Below are positions 9,804 through 19,074 of a DNA stretch of 30,366 nucleotides, one piece after another. Within the stretch, counting starts at the first letter, position 1. Every line of letters starts with the position of its first letter. The position numbers were made by a program, and so were the translations under genes. The DNA is from Chitinophagales bacterium (GTDB lineage Bacteria; Bacteroidota; Bacteroidia; Chitinophagales; Saprospiraceae). The stretch is taken from contig JBBRJL010000001.1 in the NCBI GenBank assembly GCA_038219375.1, forward strand, positions 1 through 30,366, read 5' to 3'. The notes beneath the pieces are model-generated. The model was not told where the DNA came from. It did no database searches and saw only the letters and a list, made by a program, of their open reading frames with translations.

Positions 9804-10360
9804 TGAGTTATATTCCAAGGCTTAAGACAAAATACAATTCAGAGATTGTACAAAAACTTTTCGAACAGTTTGGTTACAAGAGTGTAATGCAAGTTCCAAG
9901 GTTGTTAAAAATATCTGTTAATCAGGGTGTTGGTTCTGCAACACAAGATAAAAAGCAGGTGGACAATGCTGTAAACGAAATGACCACTTTTACTGGTCAG
10001 AAAGCTGTAGCTACCATTGCATCTAAATCTATCTCAAACTTCAAGTTGAGAGAGTTTATGCCGATTGGTGCTAGAGTGACGCTTAGAGATCGTCAAATGT
10101 ATGAATTTCTTGACCGTTTATGTACGGTAGCATTGCCACGTGTAAGAGATTTTAAAGGTATCAACGATAAAAGTTTTGATGGTAGAGGTAATTATTCTTT
10201 AGGTATTAAAGAGCAAATTATTTTCCCTGAAATTGATATCGACAAGGTAAGTAAGATCACTGGTATGGATATTACTTTTGTGACATCTGCTAAAACTGAT
10301 GCCGAAGCAATTGCCTTACTTAAGGAATTGGGATTACCATTTAAAAATCAAAAGAATTAA
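9803..10360 (+). CDS. rplE: 50S ribosomal protein L5
   Basis: [13 protein letters not shown]...[15 protein letters not shown]...[20 protein letters not shown]; overlaps the rplX stop by 1 nt (TAATG). Confidence 0.99.
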   Translation: MSYIPRLKTKYNSEIVQKLFEQFGYKSVMQVPRLLKISVNQGVGSATQDKKQVDNAVNEMTTFTGQKAVATIASKSISNFKLREFMPIGARVTLRDRQMYEFLDRLCTVALPRVRDFKGINDKSFDGRGNYSLGIKEQIIFPEIDIDKVSKITGMDITFVTSAKTDAEAIALLKELGLPFKNQKN

Positions 10361-10365
10361 TTGCA

Positions 10366-10635
10366 ATGGCAAAAAAATCAATAATCGCAAGAGAAATAAA
10401 AAGAGAAAAGCTTGTAGCAAAATTTGCTGATCTTAGGAAAAAGCTTAAGGATGCCGGTGATTATGAAGCTTTAGATAAACTTCCAAGAAATTCTTCTAAA
10501 GTACGTTTACACAACCGTTGTCAGCTTACTGGTAGGCCAAAGGGTTATATGAGAAGGTTTGGTATAAATAGAGTTATGTTTCGAAAAATGGCCAATGAAG
10601 GGTTAATACCTGGTATAACTAAAGCCAGTTGGTAA
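10366..10635 (+). CDS. rpsN: 30S ribosomal protein S14 (long, Zn-ribbon-free form)
   Basis: [21 protein letters not shown]...[11 protein letters not shown]; 89 aa with a single Cys. Confidence 0.99.
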   Translation: MAKKSIIAREIKREKLVAKFADLRKKLKDAGDYEALDKLPRNSSKVRLHNRCQLTGRPKGYMRRFGINRVMFRKMANEGLIPGITKASW

Positions 10636-10662
10636 CATTAATTAATAGTAGAATAATTTAAG

Positions 10663-11067
10663 ATGATAGTAACAGATCCAATAGCAGATTATCTAACAAG
10701 AATCAGAAATGCTCAGCAAGCTGGTCATAAAGTTGTGGAGATTCCTTCTTCAGGTTTGAAGAAGTCAATCACGGAAATATTGTATGAGAATGGTTATATC
10801 CTGAAATACAAGTTTGATGATGCAGCTGGGAAGCAAGGGATAATAAGCATAGCATTAAAATATGATGTCTTGACCAAAAAGCCGGTGATTCGTGAATTAG
10901 GTAGAATATCTAAGTCAGGTCTAAGGCAGTATGCTGGTGCAACAGAAATACCTAAGGTTATTAACGGTCTTGGTATTGCGATAGTGTCTACATCAAAAGG
11001 GTTGATGACAGATAAGCAAGCGAGAAAGGAAAATGTTGGCGGTGAATTACTCTGTTACGTTTATTAA
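10663..11067 (+). CDS. rpsH: 30S ribosomal protein S8
   Basis: [14 protein letters not shown]...[16 protein letters not shown]...GGELLCYV. Confidence 0.99.
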   Translation: MIVTDPIADYLTRIRNAQQAGHKVVEIPSSGLKKSITEILYENGYILKYKFDDAAGKQGIISIALKYDVLTKKPVIRELGRISKSGLRQYAGATEIPKVINGLGIAIVSTSKGLMTDKQARKENVGGELLCYVY

Positions 11068-11086
11068 TTTTTAAATTTTTATAGTC

Positions 11087-11644
11087 ATGTCAAGGATAGG
11101 AAAAGCTTTAATAAATATACCTTCCGGAGTATCTGTAGATATTTCAAAAGGAAATTTGGTCACCATCAAGGGTACTAAAGGTACTTTGTCAGAACAGGTG
11201 AATCCTGATTTGACTGTTAAATTTGAAGATGGTGTATTAGTAGTAGAACGTCCAACTGATCAAAAGCGACACAGAGAGGCACATGGTCTTTACCGATCAT
11301 TAATTAATAATATGGTTATTGGTGTTTCTACAGGTTTCGTAAAAAGAATGGAGCTTATAGGTGTAGGTTTTAGGGTTAGTAGTACTGGAAATATGCTAGA
11401 GCTGTTGTTAGGATTTTCTCACCCAATTTACTTTCAAATTCCTAGTGAAATTATCCTTACTACCAAAATGGATAAGGGAGAGAGTCCTACTATTATTTTG
11501 GAAGCTGCTGATAAGCAATTGTTAGGCCAAGTGTGCGCAAAGATAAGAGCATGTAGAAAGCCAGAACCATATAAAGGAAAAGGTATTAAGTTTGCTGGTG
11601 AAATCATCAGAAGAAAGGCTGGTAAGACATCAGGTAAGAAATAA
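11087..11644 (+). CDS. rplF: 50S ribosomal protein L6
   Basis: MSRIGK...LGFSHP...RKPEPYKGKGI. Confidence 0.99.
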   Translation: MSRIGKALINIPSGVSVDISKGNLVTIKGTKGTLSEQVNPDLTVKFEDGVLVVERPTDQKRHREAHGLYRSLINNMVIGVSTGFVKRMELIGVGFRVSSTGNMLELLLGFSHPIYFQIPSEIILTTKMDKGESPTIILEAADKQLLGQVCAKIRACRKPEPYKGKGIKFAGEIIRRKAGKTSGKK

Positions 11645-11672
11645 TAAATAGATAAATCCTAAGCTGTTTAAG

Positions 11673-12017
11673 ATGGATAGTAAGTTATATAATAGGACGA
11701 GAGTCAGATTTAGAATCAGAAAGAAGGTAAGTGGAACAAGCACTAAACCAAGGTTATCTGTATTCAGAAGTAATAAAGAAATATATTGTCAATTAATTGA
11801 TGATGTTAACGGTGTTACGCTTGCAAGTGCCTCTACAAAAGGTATCGCTAAAGTAGGTAATAAAGTAACTCAGTCTTCCGAAGTTGGGAAATCAATCGCT
11901 GCCAAAGCTAAAGCTTTAAGTGTGGAGAAAGTTGTTTTCGATAGAGGTGGATATCTTTACCACGGTCGAGTTAAGTCTTTAGCTGATGGAGCTAGAGAAG
12001 GTGGGTTAATTTTCTAA
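11673..12017 (+). CDS. rplR: 50S ribosomal protein L18
   Basis: [20 protein letters not shown]...[15 protein letters not shown]. Confidence 0.99.
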   Translation: MDSKLYNRTRVRFRIRKKVSGTSTKPRLSVFRSNKEIYCQLIDDVNGVTLASASTKGIAKVGNKVTQSSEVGKSIAAKAKALSVEKVVFDRGGYLYHGRVKSLADGAREGGLIF

Positions 12018-12029
12018 ATAATATCAATT

Positions 12030-12542
12030 ATGTCAACACCAGTTAGAGTAAATCAAGGAGAACCAGAATTGAAAGAGAAGTTGGTTAACTTAGCAAGAGT
12101 TGCTAAAGTTACCAAAGGGGGTAGAACTTTTAGTTTTTCTGCTTTAGTAGTAGTAGGAGATGGAAATGGTTCAGTAGGTCATGGTTTAGGTAAAGCTTTG
12201 GATGTTTCTGAATCTATTCAAAAAGCTGTTCAGGATGCAAAGAAGAATTTAGTTAAAGTATCTCTGAATAAAGGAACAGTTCCTCACGAGCAGAAAGGAA
12301 AGTATGGTGCAGGTAAAATTTTGATTAAGCCGGCAGCTGATGGTACAGGGGTTATAGCAGGTGGTGCTATGAGAGCAGTACTTGAAATGGCTGGGGTTCA
12401 TAATTGTCTTGCCAAGTCTCAAGGATCATCCAATCCCCATAACGTGGTAAAAGCGACAATAGATGCACTATCTAAAATGAGAAATGCACATGAAGTAGCT
12501 AAAAATAGAGGAGTATCTTTAAGTAAAGTGTACGAAGGATAA
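12030..12542 (+). CDS. rpsE: 30S ribosomal protein S5
   Basis: [22 protein letters not shown]...[15 protein letters not shown]. Confidence 0.99.
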   Translation: MSTPVRVNQGEPELKEKLVNLARVAKVTKGGRTFSFSALVVVGDGNGSVGHGLGKALDVSESIQKAVQDAKKNLVKVSLNKGTVPHEQKGKYGAGKILIKPAADGTGVIAGGAMRAVLEMAGVHNCLAKSQGSSNPHNVVKATIDALSKMRNAHEVAKNRGVSLSKVYEG

Positions 12543-12557
12543 TAAATATAAGCATCA

Positions 12558-12737
12558 ATGGCAAATATTAAGATAACACAAGTTAAAAGTACAATAGATA
12601 GGAGTAAACGTCAGAAGGCGACTATGATTGCCTTAGGAATTAAAAAACTCAATGGTTCTGTTGTAAAGGAAGCGACACCTCAGATTTTGGGGATGGTTGC
12701 TAAGGTTCAGCATCTAATTGTAGTTGAAGATATTTAA
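12558..12737 (+). CDS. rpmD: 50S ribosomal protein L30 (59 aa; not in ORF track)
   Basis: Hand translation MANIKITQVKSTIDRSKRQKATMIALGIKKLNGSVVKEATPQILGMVAKVQHLIVVEDI; lies between rpsE and rplO. Confidence 0.97.
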   Translation: MANIKITQVKSTIDRSKRQKATMIALGIKKLNGSVVKEATPQILGMVAKVQHLIVVEDI

Positions 12738-12775
12738 TTGTTTCAACTAATTAAGTAATACGTAAATATTTACAA

Positions 12776-13222
12776 ATGAAATTGCATAATTTGACTCCAG
12801 CAGCGGGTTCAGTTAAATCACAGAAGGGAAGAATCGGTAGAGGTGAAGGTTCTGGATCAGGTGGGACAGCTGGTAAAGGTCATAAAGGAGCGAAGTCTAG
12901 GTCAGGTTATTCTAGTAAAAGAGCTTTCGAAGGTGGACAAATGCCTTTGCAAATGCGTCTTCCTAAAAGAGGGTTTAAAAACATTAATAACATAACTTAT
13001 GTGGCTATTAATGTGTCTAGGCTTCAGGAAATCTTTGATAATTATGGTTTGACAGAGATTACGAAGTTGGCTTTGTATAATGAAGGAATCATCAATAGAG
13101 GGGATAAGATTAAAATTCTTGGAAATGGTGAGATTAGTGTTAAACTTAATGTTAACGTAGACGCTTTCTCTGCAACTGCTAAGGCCAAAGTTGAGGCAGC
13201 AGGCGGTACTATTAACGCTTAA
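12776..13222 (+). CDS. rplO: 50S ribosomal protein L15
   Basis: RIGRGEGSGSGGTAGKGHKG...FEGGQMPL..RLPKRGF. Confidence 0.99.
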   Translation: MKLHNLTPAAGSVKSQKGRIGRGEGSGSGGTAGKGHKGAKSRSGYSSKRAFEGGQMPLQMRLPKRGFKNINNITYVAINVSRLQEIFDNYGLTEITKLALYNEGIINRGDKIKILGNGEISVKLNVNVDAFSATAKAKVEAAGGTINA

Positions 13223-13234
13223 TATTTTTAGAAA

Positions 13235-14602
13235 ATGAACAAGTTTATTGAAACCTTAAAAAATATATGGAGTATCAAGGAGTTGAGAGATAGGATTCTT
13301 TTCACTGTTTTGATATTAGCAGTTTACAGGTTAGGTTCTTTTATAGTTTTACCTGGTGTTAATTCATTAGCATTGGAAGCTGGTAATTCTGGAAGATCTG
13401 CATCTGATCTTTTGTCCTTAATAAACACGTTCACTGGTGGTGCCTTTAATCAAGGCTCTATTTTTGCGCTTGGTATTATGCCCTACATTACTGCATCTAT
13501 AATAGTTCAACTACTAGGTTTTGCAGTACCTTATTTTCAGAGGTTGCAACAAAAGGAAGGTGAGTCAGGTCGTAAGAAAATCACGCAAATCACTAGGTTT
13601 TTAACTTTATTAATTACATTAGTTCAGGGTGGCGGTTATTTGGCCTTTTTAAGGAGCACTGAGGGCGCAATTGATCCTAATATAAGTGATAGTGTCTTTT
13701 GGTTTAGTAATATGATTATTTTGGCTACGGGTACAATTTTTGCAATGTGGTTAGGTGAGAAGATCACTGATAGAGGTATTGGTAATGGTATCTCGTTGTT
13801 GATCATGGTAGGTATAATTGCAAAACTTCCTGCGTCTTTTATTGCAGAAGTACTGAGTAGAACTGATGGTAATGGATTGATTCCTTTAATTTTAGAATTA
13901 GTTTTCTTCTTGTTTGTCGTAATTGCTACTATTCTTATTGTACAAGGGGTTCGTAAGATTCCTATTCAGGCTGCAAAGAGGATGGTTGGTAGGGCATCTG
14001 GTGATATCGCAGGTGGCGCAGGAAATGATTTTATAAATCTAAAGTTAAGTGCAGCAGGTGTAATGCCAATAATTTTTGCACAGGCCATAATGTTTCTTCC
14101 GCTTACAGCAGCTCAATGGGCATCCCAAGATGGAGCGCAGAGCGATTTATTATTAAGTTTGAATGACTGGAAATCTTTCCCATATAATTTATTATTTTTC
14201 TTACTCATTGTGTTGTTTACTTATGTCTACACAGCGTTGATAGTAAATCCACAACAGTACGCAGAGTATTTAAAAAGACAGAATTCTTTTATCCCAGGTA
14301 TAAAGCCAGGTGAGGATACGCAGAATTATATTGATACTTTGACCACTAGAATAACGTTACCAGGTGCTTTGTTTATTGGCGCAATTGCCATACTGCCAGC
14401 TTTAGTTGCTGTAGCAGGTGTAACTGATTCGTTTGCGATCTTTTTTGGTGGAACTTCCTTATTGATTCTGGTAGGTGTAGTATTGGATACTTTACAACAA
14501 ATTGAGAGTTATCTTTTGATGAGAAAGTATGATGGTTTAGTAAAGTCAGGTAGAATACAAGGAAGAGGAAACCAAGGTATTACCATTGGTGCAGGAATGT
14601 AA
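13235..14602 (+). CDS. secY: Preprotein translocase subunit SecY
   Basis: SIFALGIMPYITASII...GIGNGISLLI...GVMPIIFA...FGGTSLLILVGV; multiple TM helices. Confidence 0.99.
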   Translation: MNKFIETLKNIWSIKELRDRILFTVLILAVYRLGSFIVLPGVNSLALEAGNSGRSASDLLSLINTFTGGAFNQGSIFALGIMPYITASIIVQLLGFAVPYFQRLQQKEGESGRKKITQITRFLTLLITLVQGGGYLAFLRSTEGAIDPNISDSVFWFSNMIILATGTIFAMWLGEKITDRGIGNGISLLIMVGIIAKLPASFIAEVLSRTDGNGLIPLILELVFFLFVVIATILIVQGVRKIPIQAAKRMVGRASGDIAGGAGNDFINLKLSAAGVMPIIFAQAIMFLPLTAAQWASQDGAQSDLLLSLNDWKSFPYNLLFFLLIVLFTYVYTALIVNPQQYAEYLKRQNSFIPGIKPGEDTQNYIDTLTTRITLPGALFIGAIAILPALVAVAGVTDSFAIFFGGTSLLILVGVVLDTLQQIESYLLMRKYDGLVKSGRIQGRGNQGITIGAGM

Positions 14603-14608
14603 TAAGAT

Positions 14609-15418
14609 ATGATCTATTACAAGACTGATGAGGAGATAGAATTAATGCGTGAGAGTAATTTGCTTGTAAGTAAAACTTTGGCGCATGTAGCAGGATTACT
14701 AAAAGTAGGAGTCTCAAGCAAAAGTGTTGATAAGGAAGCTGAACAATTTATAAGAGATCATGGTGGAATTCCTGGTTTTAAGGGTTATAGAGGTTTTCCT
14801 TCAACATTGTGTATGTCTGTAAATGATGCTGTTGTACATGGTATTCCAAGTGCTTTAGAATATAAAGATATAGATGTAGTTTCAATAGATTGTGGCGTTA
14901 TTCTTAATGGATTTTATGGTGATGCAGCTTTTACTTTTGCTTTTAAAAATGCAGGTGAGAAAGTTGAGCGTCTTCTTAGGGTTACTAGGGAATCATTAAG
15001 CAAGGGAATTTCTGTTGCTCTAGTTGGAAATAGGATTGGAGATATAAGTCATGCTATACAACATTTTTGTGAAAGGGTTAATGGGTTTGGAATAGTCCGT
15101 GAGTTGGTGGGTCATGGTGTAGGCAGAAATCTTCATGAGGATCCAGAAGTTCCTAATTTTGGCTTAAAGGGTAAAGGCCCTATGCTAAAAGATGGAATGG
15201 TTATTGCGATTGAGCCTATGGTTAATATGGGTCATCGTAGTGTCAAGCAGAAAAATGATGGGTGGACCATAGTAACGAGAGATGGAAAAGCTTCAGCACA
15301 CTTCGAACACAGCGTCGCTATCCGTAAAAATGGCCCTGATATCTTATCAAATCATACTTTTATAGACATTGCAGTTAAAAATAACTCGGAAATACTTGAT
15401 ATTTCAATAAATAGTTAG
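14609..15418 (+). CDS. map: Type I methionine aminopeptidase
   Basis: VHGIP, IDCG...GDAA, GHGVG..LHE.P, AIEPM, SAHFEH metal-ligand motifs. Confidence 0.98.
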   Translation: MIYYKTDEEIELMRESNLLVSKTLAHVAGLLKVGVSSKSVDKEAEQFIRDHGGIPGFKGYRGFPSTLCMSVNDAVVHGIPSALEYKDIDVVSIDCGVILNGFYGDAAFTFAFKNAGEKVERLLRVTRESLSKGISVALVGNRIGDISHAIQHFCERVNGFGIVRELVGHGVGRNLHEDPEVPNFGLKGKGPMLKDGMVIAIEPMVNMGHRSVKQKNDGWTIVTRDGKASAHFEHSVAIRKNGPDILSNHTFIDIAVKNNSEILDISINS

Positions 15419-15425
15419 ATATTTG
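15396..15425 (+). promoter_or_regulatory. Probable promoter for infA-rpmJ-alpha genes, overlapping the map 3' end
   Basis: TTG (15396-15398), a 19-nt spacer, then GATATTTG(CG) (15418-15425): a -7 box with one mismatch at canonical -33 spacing. Confidence 0.5.
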
Positions 15426-15441
15426 CGCTCCAAAATAGAAA

Positions 15442-15660
15442 ATGGCAAAACAAGACCTTATAAAGTTAGATGGTATCATTGAAGAAGCATTATCCAATGC
15501 GATGTTTCGAGTTCGTTTGGAGAGTGGTCATTTGATTACAGCCACTATATCTGGTAAAATGCGGATGCACTATATCAGAATTTTGCCTGGAGATAAGGTT
15601 GCGGTAGAAATGTCGCCGTACGATTTATCAAGAGGACGTATTAATTACCGTTATAAATAA
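15442..15660 (+). CDS. infA: Translation initiation factor IF-1
   Basis: [15 protein letters not shown]...[31 protein letters not shown]. Confidence 0.99.
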   Translation: MAKQDLIKLDGIIEEALSNAMFRVRLESGHLITATISGKMRMHYIRILPGDKVAVEMSPYDLSRGRINYRYK

Positions 15661-15679
15661 TAGTTAAATACTTTATATA

Positions 15680-15796
15680 ATGAAAGTACAAGCATCAATT
15701 AAAAAACGTTCTGCGGATTGCAAGATCGTTAGAAGGAAGGGTAAGCTTTATATTATAAATAAAAAGAACCCAAAGTATAAACAAAGACAAGGATAA
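15680..15796 (+). CDS. rpmJ: 50S ribosomal protein L36 (38 aa, Zn-free type; not in ORF track)
   Basis: Hand translation [38 protein letters not shown]. Confidence 0.97.
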   Translation: MKVQASIKKRSADCKIVRRKGKLYIINKKNPKYKQRQG

Positions 15797-15808
15797 TAAT
15801 TAATAATT

Positions 15809-16186
15809 ATGGCACGTATTGCTGGTGTAGATTTACCAAGAAATAAGAGAGGAGTCATAGGTTTGACTTATATTTATGGCATAGGAAGTACCCTTGCTAG
15901 CAAGATTTTATCTGCTGCAGAGGTTTCTGAAGATACCAAGATACAAGATTGGACTGATGAAAATATTAAGTTTATCTCTAAGTATATTCAGGATGAGTTC
16001 AGAGTTGAGGGAGAGTTAAGAAGTGAAGTTCAGTTGAGTATTAAGCGACTTATGGATATAGCTTGTTATCGTGGCTTACGTCATAGGAAAGGTCTTCCTG
16101 TAAGGGGACAGAGCACTAAGACCAATGCACGGACGCGTAAAGGTAAGAAGAAAACAGTTGCTAATAAAAAGAAAGCAACCAAATAA
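15809..16186 (+). CDS. rpsM: 30S ribosomal protein S13
   Basis: [13 protein letters not shown]...[27 protein letters not shown]. Confidence 0.99.
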   Translation: MARIAGVDLPRNKRGVIGLTYIYGIGSTLASKILSAAEVSEDTKIQDWTDENIKFISKYIQDEFRVEGELRSEVQLSIKRLMDIACYRGLRHRKGLPVRGQSTKTNARTRKGKKKTVANKKKATK

Positions 16187-16204
16187 TAGTTAATATATAA
16201 TATT

Positions 16205-16594
16205 ATGGCCAAAGGTAAAAAAGTAAGTAAAAAACGTGTTGTAAAAGTTGAATCTGAAGGTTTAGCGTTTATCCATGCGTCTTTTAATAATATAATCATT
16301 TCTCTATGTAACAGGTCTGGCCAAGTTATTTCTTGGGGTTCAGCAGGTAAAGCTGGTTTCAGAGGATCTAAGAAGAATACACCATATGCTGCTCAAATGG
16401 CGGCTAATAGTGCGTCTTCTACTGCTTATGAAGCTGGTTTAAGAAGCGTTGAAGTTTTTGTAAAGGGACCAGGAGCTGGTAGAGAGTCTGCTATACGTGC
16501 TATTGATACTTCAGGTATCAAAGTACTGAAGATTAAGGATATGACGCCAATTCCACATAATGGTTGTCGTCCTCCGAAGAAAAGAAGAGTTTAA
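16205..16594 (+). CDS. rpsK: 30S ribosomal protein S11
   Basis: HASFNNII...[14 protein letters not shown]...[10 protein letters not shown]...[16 protein letters not shown]. Confidence 0.99.
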   Translation: MAKGKKVSKKRVVKVESEGLAFIHASFNNIIISLCNRSGQVISWGSAGKAGFRGSKKNTPYAAQMAANSASSTAYEAGLRSVEVFVKGPGAGRESAIRAIDTSGIKVLKIKDMTPIPHNGCRPPKKRRV

Positions 16595-16617
16595 TAAGTT
16601 ATTAAAATCCATTATTA

Positions 16618-17232
16618 ATGGCAAGATATACAGGGCCTACTACTAAGAAGGCAAGAGCATTTGGTGAACCAATATTTGGTTACGATAAAGCTTATGAAAA
16701 GCGTAAGTTTCCTCCTGGACAGCATGGAGCAAGTAAGAAGCGTAAGCAACGGTCAGATTATGCTATTCAGTTGACTGAAAAGCAGAAAGCTAAGTATACT
16801 TATGGTGTACTTGAAAGACAGTTTAGAACATTGTTTGAGAAGGCGTCTGCAAAATCTGGTGTAACAGGAGAGATTCTATTACAACTTCTTGAGTCTAGAT
16901 TAGATAATGTCGTTTTTAGGATGGGTATTGCTAAGACTAGAAGAGCTGCTCGTCAGTTAGTTTCACATAAGCACATTCTAGTAGATGGTATCTTAACAAA
17001 TATTCCTTCTATGTTGCTAAGACCAGGTACTATAGTTTCCGTAAGGGGCAAGTCAAAGGAAGTAGACGTTATCAAAAGTAATGTAACTGCTAAAAGAGAC
17101 GGTGCTAAAACTTTCGGTTGGATAGAATGGAACGGTGATAAAATGGAAGGTAGATATCTTGCTCATCCAGAACGGGAGAAGATACCTGAAAATATCAATG
17201 AACAACTAATAGTTGAATTGTATTCTAAATAA
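16618..17232 (+). CDS. rpsD: 30S ribosomal protein S4
   Basis: MARYTGP...PPGQHG...[13 protein letters not shown]...[10 protein letters not shown]...QLIVELYSK. Confidence 0.99.
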   Translation: MARYTGPTTKKARAFGEPIFGYDKAYEKRKFPPGQHGASKKRKQRSDYAIQLTEKQKAKYTYGVLERQFRTLFEKASAKSGVTGEILLQLLESRLDNVVFRMGIAKTRRAARQLVSHKHILVDGILTNIPSMLLRPGTIVSVRGKSKEVDVIKSNVTAKRDGAKTFGWIEWNGDKMEGRYLAHPEREKIPENINEQLIVELYSK

Positions 17233-17238
17233 TATTTT

Positions 17239-17269
17239 GGCTATCCTTTGTGGATAGCCTATCCTTTTT
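17239..17269 (+). terminator. Terminator/attenuator-like hairpin between rpsD and rpoA
   Basis: GGCTATCC-TTTGT-GGATAGCC perfect 8-bp stem followed by TATCCTTTTT. Confidence 0.45.
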
Positions 17270-17294
17270 AATTAAAATTAGAAAAATTATCATA

Positions 17295-18293
17295 ATGAGT
17301 ATTCTAAATTTTCAAAAGCCGGAAAAAATACTTCTACATAAATCAGATGATTTTGATGGTACTTTTGAATTTAAGCCATTAGAACAGGGGTTCGGTCAGA
17401 CTATAGGAAATTCATTAAGGAGAGTTCTTTTATCTTCGTTGGAAGGTTATGCTATATCTGCAATAAGAATTGCTGGTGTAGATCATGAGTTTTCAACTAT
17501 TAAAGGTGTAGTTGAAGATGTGGTTGATATTATTCTTAATATCAAGCAAATTAGGCTGAAGCCAATGGTCATTATAGAAGGATCAGAAGAGGAAAAGTTA
17601 TACGTAACTATTTCAGGTAAAGAGCAGTTTGTAGCTGGTGATATTGAAGCAAGTACTAATACTTTCAAGATTATGAATCCTGACTTGTATATATGTACAT
17701 TGGAGCCAAATGTGACTTTAGAAATTGAATTTACAGTCACTAAGGGTAGGGGATATGTGCCAGCAGATGAAAATTTGCCAAAGGATGCTTCAATTGGTGT
17801 TATACCAGTTGATGCAATTTATACGCCTATCAAGAAGGTCGCTTATAAAGTAGAAAGTACTAGGGTTGGTCAACGAACTGATTACGAAAAGCTTACTATT
17901 GAGCTAAAGACAGATGGTACTATTCATCCTGAAGAGGCAATTAAAGAAGCATCTCGTATTATGATTCAGCATTTGATGTTGATTACTGATGAGAATATTA
18001 CATTCAATGACTCATCATCAAGAGAGGATAGTATTGTAGATGAACATATTCTCCACATGAGGAAGTTATTGAAAACTTCTTTGGAAGACCTCGATCTCTC
18101 CGTTAGAGCTTACAACTGTCTCAAAGCAGCGAAGATCAATAGCTTAGGAGAAATGGTTAGATTTGATATGCACGAATTGCTTAAATTTCGAAATTTTGGT
18201 AAAAAATCATTAGTTGAAATTGAAGAATTGTTGCAACAGAAGGGACTTACTTTTGGTATGGACCTTTCTAAATATAAACTTGACGAAGAGTAA
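17295..18293 (+). CDS. rpoA: RNA polymerase alpha subunit
   Basis: PLEQGFGQTIGNSLRRVLLSS...HEFSTIKGVVED...LSVRAYNCLK...RNFGKKSL. Start set at ATG 17295 (MSILNFQKP), not GTG 17250. Confidence 0.99.
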   Translation: MSILNFQKPEKILLHKSDDFDGTFEFKPLEQGFGQTIGNSLRRVLLSSLEGYAISAIRIAGVDHEFSTIKGVVEDVVDIILNIKQIRLKPMVIIEGSEEEKLYVTISGKEQFVAGDIEASTNTFKIMNPDLYICTLEPNVTLEIEFTVTKGRGYVPADENLPKDASIGVIPVDAIYTPIKKVAYKVESTRVGQRTDYEKLTIELKTDGTIHPEEAIKEASRIMIQHLMLITDENITFNDSSSREDSIVDEHILHMRKLLKTSLEDLDLSVRAYNCLKAAKINSLGEMVRFDMHELLKFRNFGKKSLVEIEELLQQKGLTFGMDLSKYKLDEE

Positions 18294-18296
18294 TCG

Positions 18297-18389
18297 CATC
18301 GACCCGGCTTAAAGCTGGATGAATATTTATTTAATAACGGTATAAAACGTTGCTTTCGTGTATCTAAGGTCGAATATAGATAAAAGCAA
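18297..18389 (+). ncRNA. Candidate structured cis-regulatory RNA (two bulged hairpins plus pseudoknot) upstream of rplQ
   Basis: Hairpin 1 at 18297-18321, hairpin 2 at 18350-18389; TCGACC (18299-18304) is complementary to loop GGTCGA (18368-18373). Predicted by eye. Confidence 0.45.
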
Positions 18390-18413
18390 TAGTGGTACAT
18401 AATTAAAAAGTTT

Positions 18414-18926
18414 ATGAGACACGGTAAGAAGTTTAATCATCTCGGAAGAAAAAAAGGACATAGAGATGCCTTGCTTTTGAATATGGCTAATTCGTTGATT
18501 CTACACAAGAGAATAAACACAACTCTAGCAAAAGCGAAAGCACTTAGAGTATTTGTGGAGCCTATTTTGACAAGATCAAAAGATAACACCACACATTCTA
18601 GAAGAATGGTATTTGCTGATCTTCAAAATAAGGCAGTTATCAATGAATTATTTGATAATGTAGCTCCTAAAATTGCAGATAGACCAGGTGGTTATTGTAG
18701 AATCATCAAAACAGGTTTCAGAAAGGGTGATGCTGCAGAGATTGCGATGATTGAATTGGTAGATTTCAATGATGTTTTAGTTGCCAAAACTAGTACTGCA
18801 AAAGCTGCTGTGACTAGAAGAAGTAGAAGAAAGTCAGGTGGAGATGCCACAGTGGGTGCGGTTGCAGCGGCAGCTGTTGTAGCTACAACGGTTGTTGATG
18901 AAGAAGCTGGTAACGAAGAAGAATAG
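18414..18926 (+). CDS. rplQ: 50S ribosomal protein L17 with C-terminal extension
   Basis: [12 protein letters not shown]...INTTLAKAK...[27 protein letters not shown]. Confidence 0.99.
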   Translation: MRHGKKFNHLGRKKGHRDALLLNMANSLILHKRINTTLAKAKALRVFVEPILTRSKDNTTHSRRMVFADLQNKAVINELFDNVAPKIADRPGGYCRIIKTGFRKGDAAEIAMIELVDFNDVLVAKTSTAKAAVTRRSRRKSGGDATVGAVAAAAVVATTVVDEEAGNEEE

Positions 18927-18947
18927 TCATATGACTTAGTGATATAT

Positions 18948-18985
18948 AAAAGGGGTGCTATCCATTGTGTTAGTGCCCCTTTTTT
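18948..18985 (+). terminator. Intrinsic terminator ending the ribosomal supercluster
   Basis: AAAAGGGGTGCTA-loop-TAGTGCCCCTTTTTT; GC stem with two G.U pairs and a U tract. Confidence 0.85.
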
Positions 18986-19074
18986 ATTTGTATAATTTTC
19001 GGCCTTATTTTAAATACAAAAGAAAATTTATTTTTTTTCTCTAGGCTTGTCCTTTTATATTTTAAGAACGCTTA

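Noticed and set aside
3574-14609. Absence of tuf after fusA and of adk between secY and map
   Set aside because: This is the normal Bacteroidota arrangement, not a deletion.
17250-17294. 15-aa N-terminal extension of RpoA (GTG start)
   Set aside because: The GTG lies in the hairpin loop/stem; the Bacteroidota alpha start MSILNFQKP fits ATG 17295.
18925-18936. 12-bp palindrome AGTCATATGACT at the rplQ stop
   Set aside because: It has no loop and no promoter context; one such palindrome in 30 kb is unremarkable.
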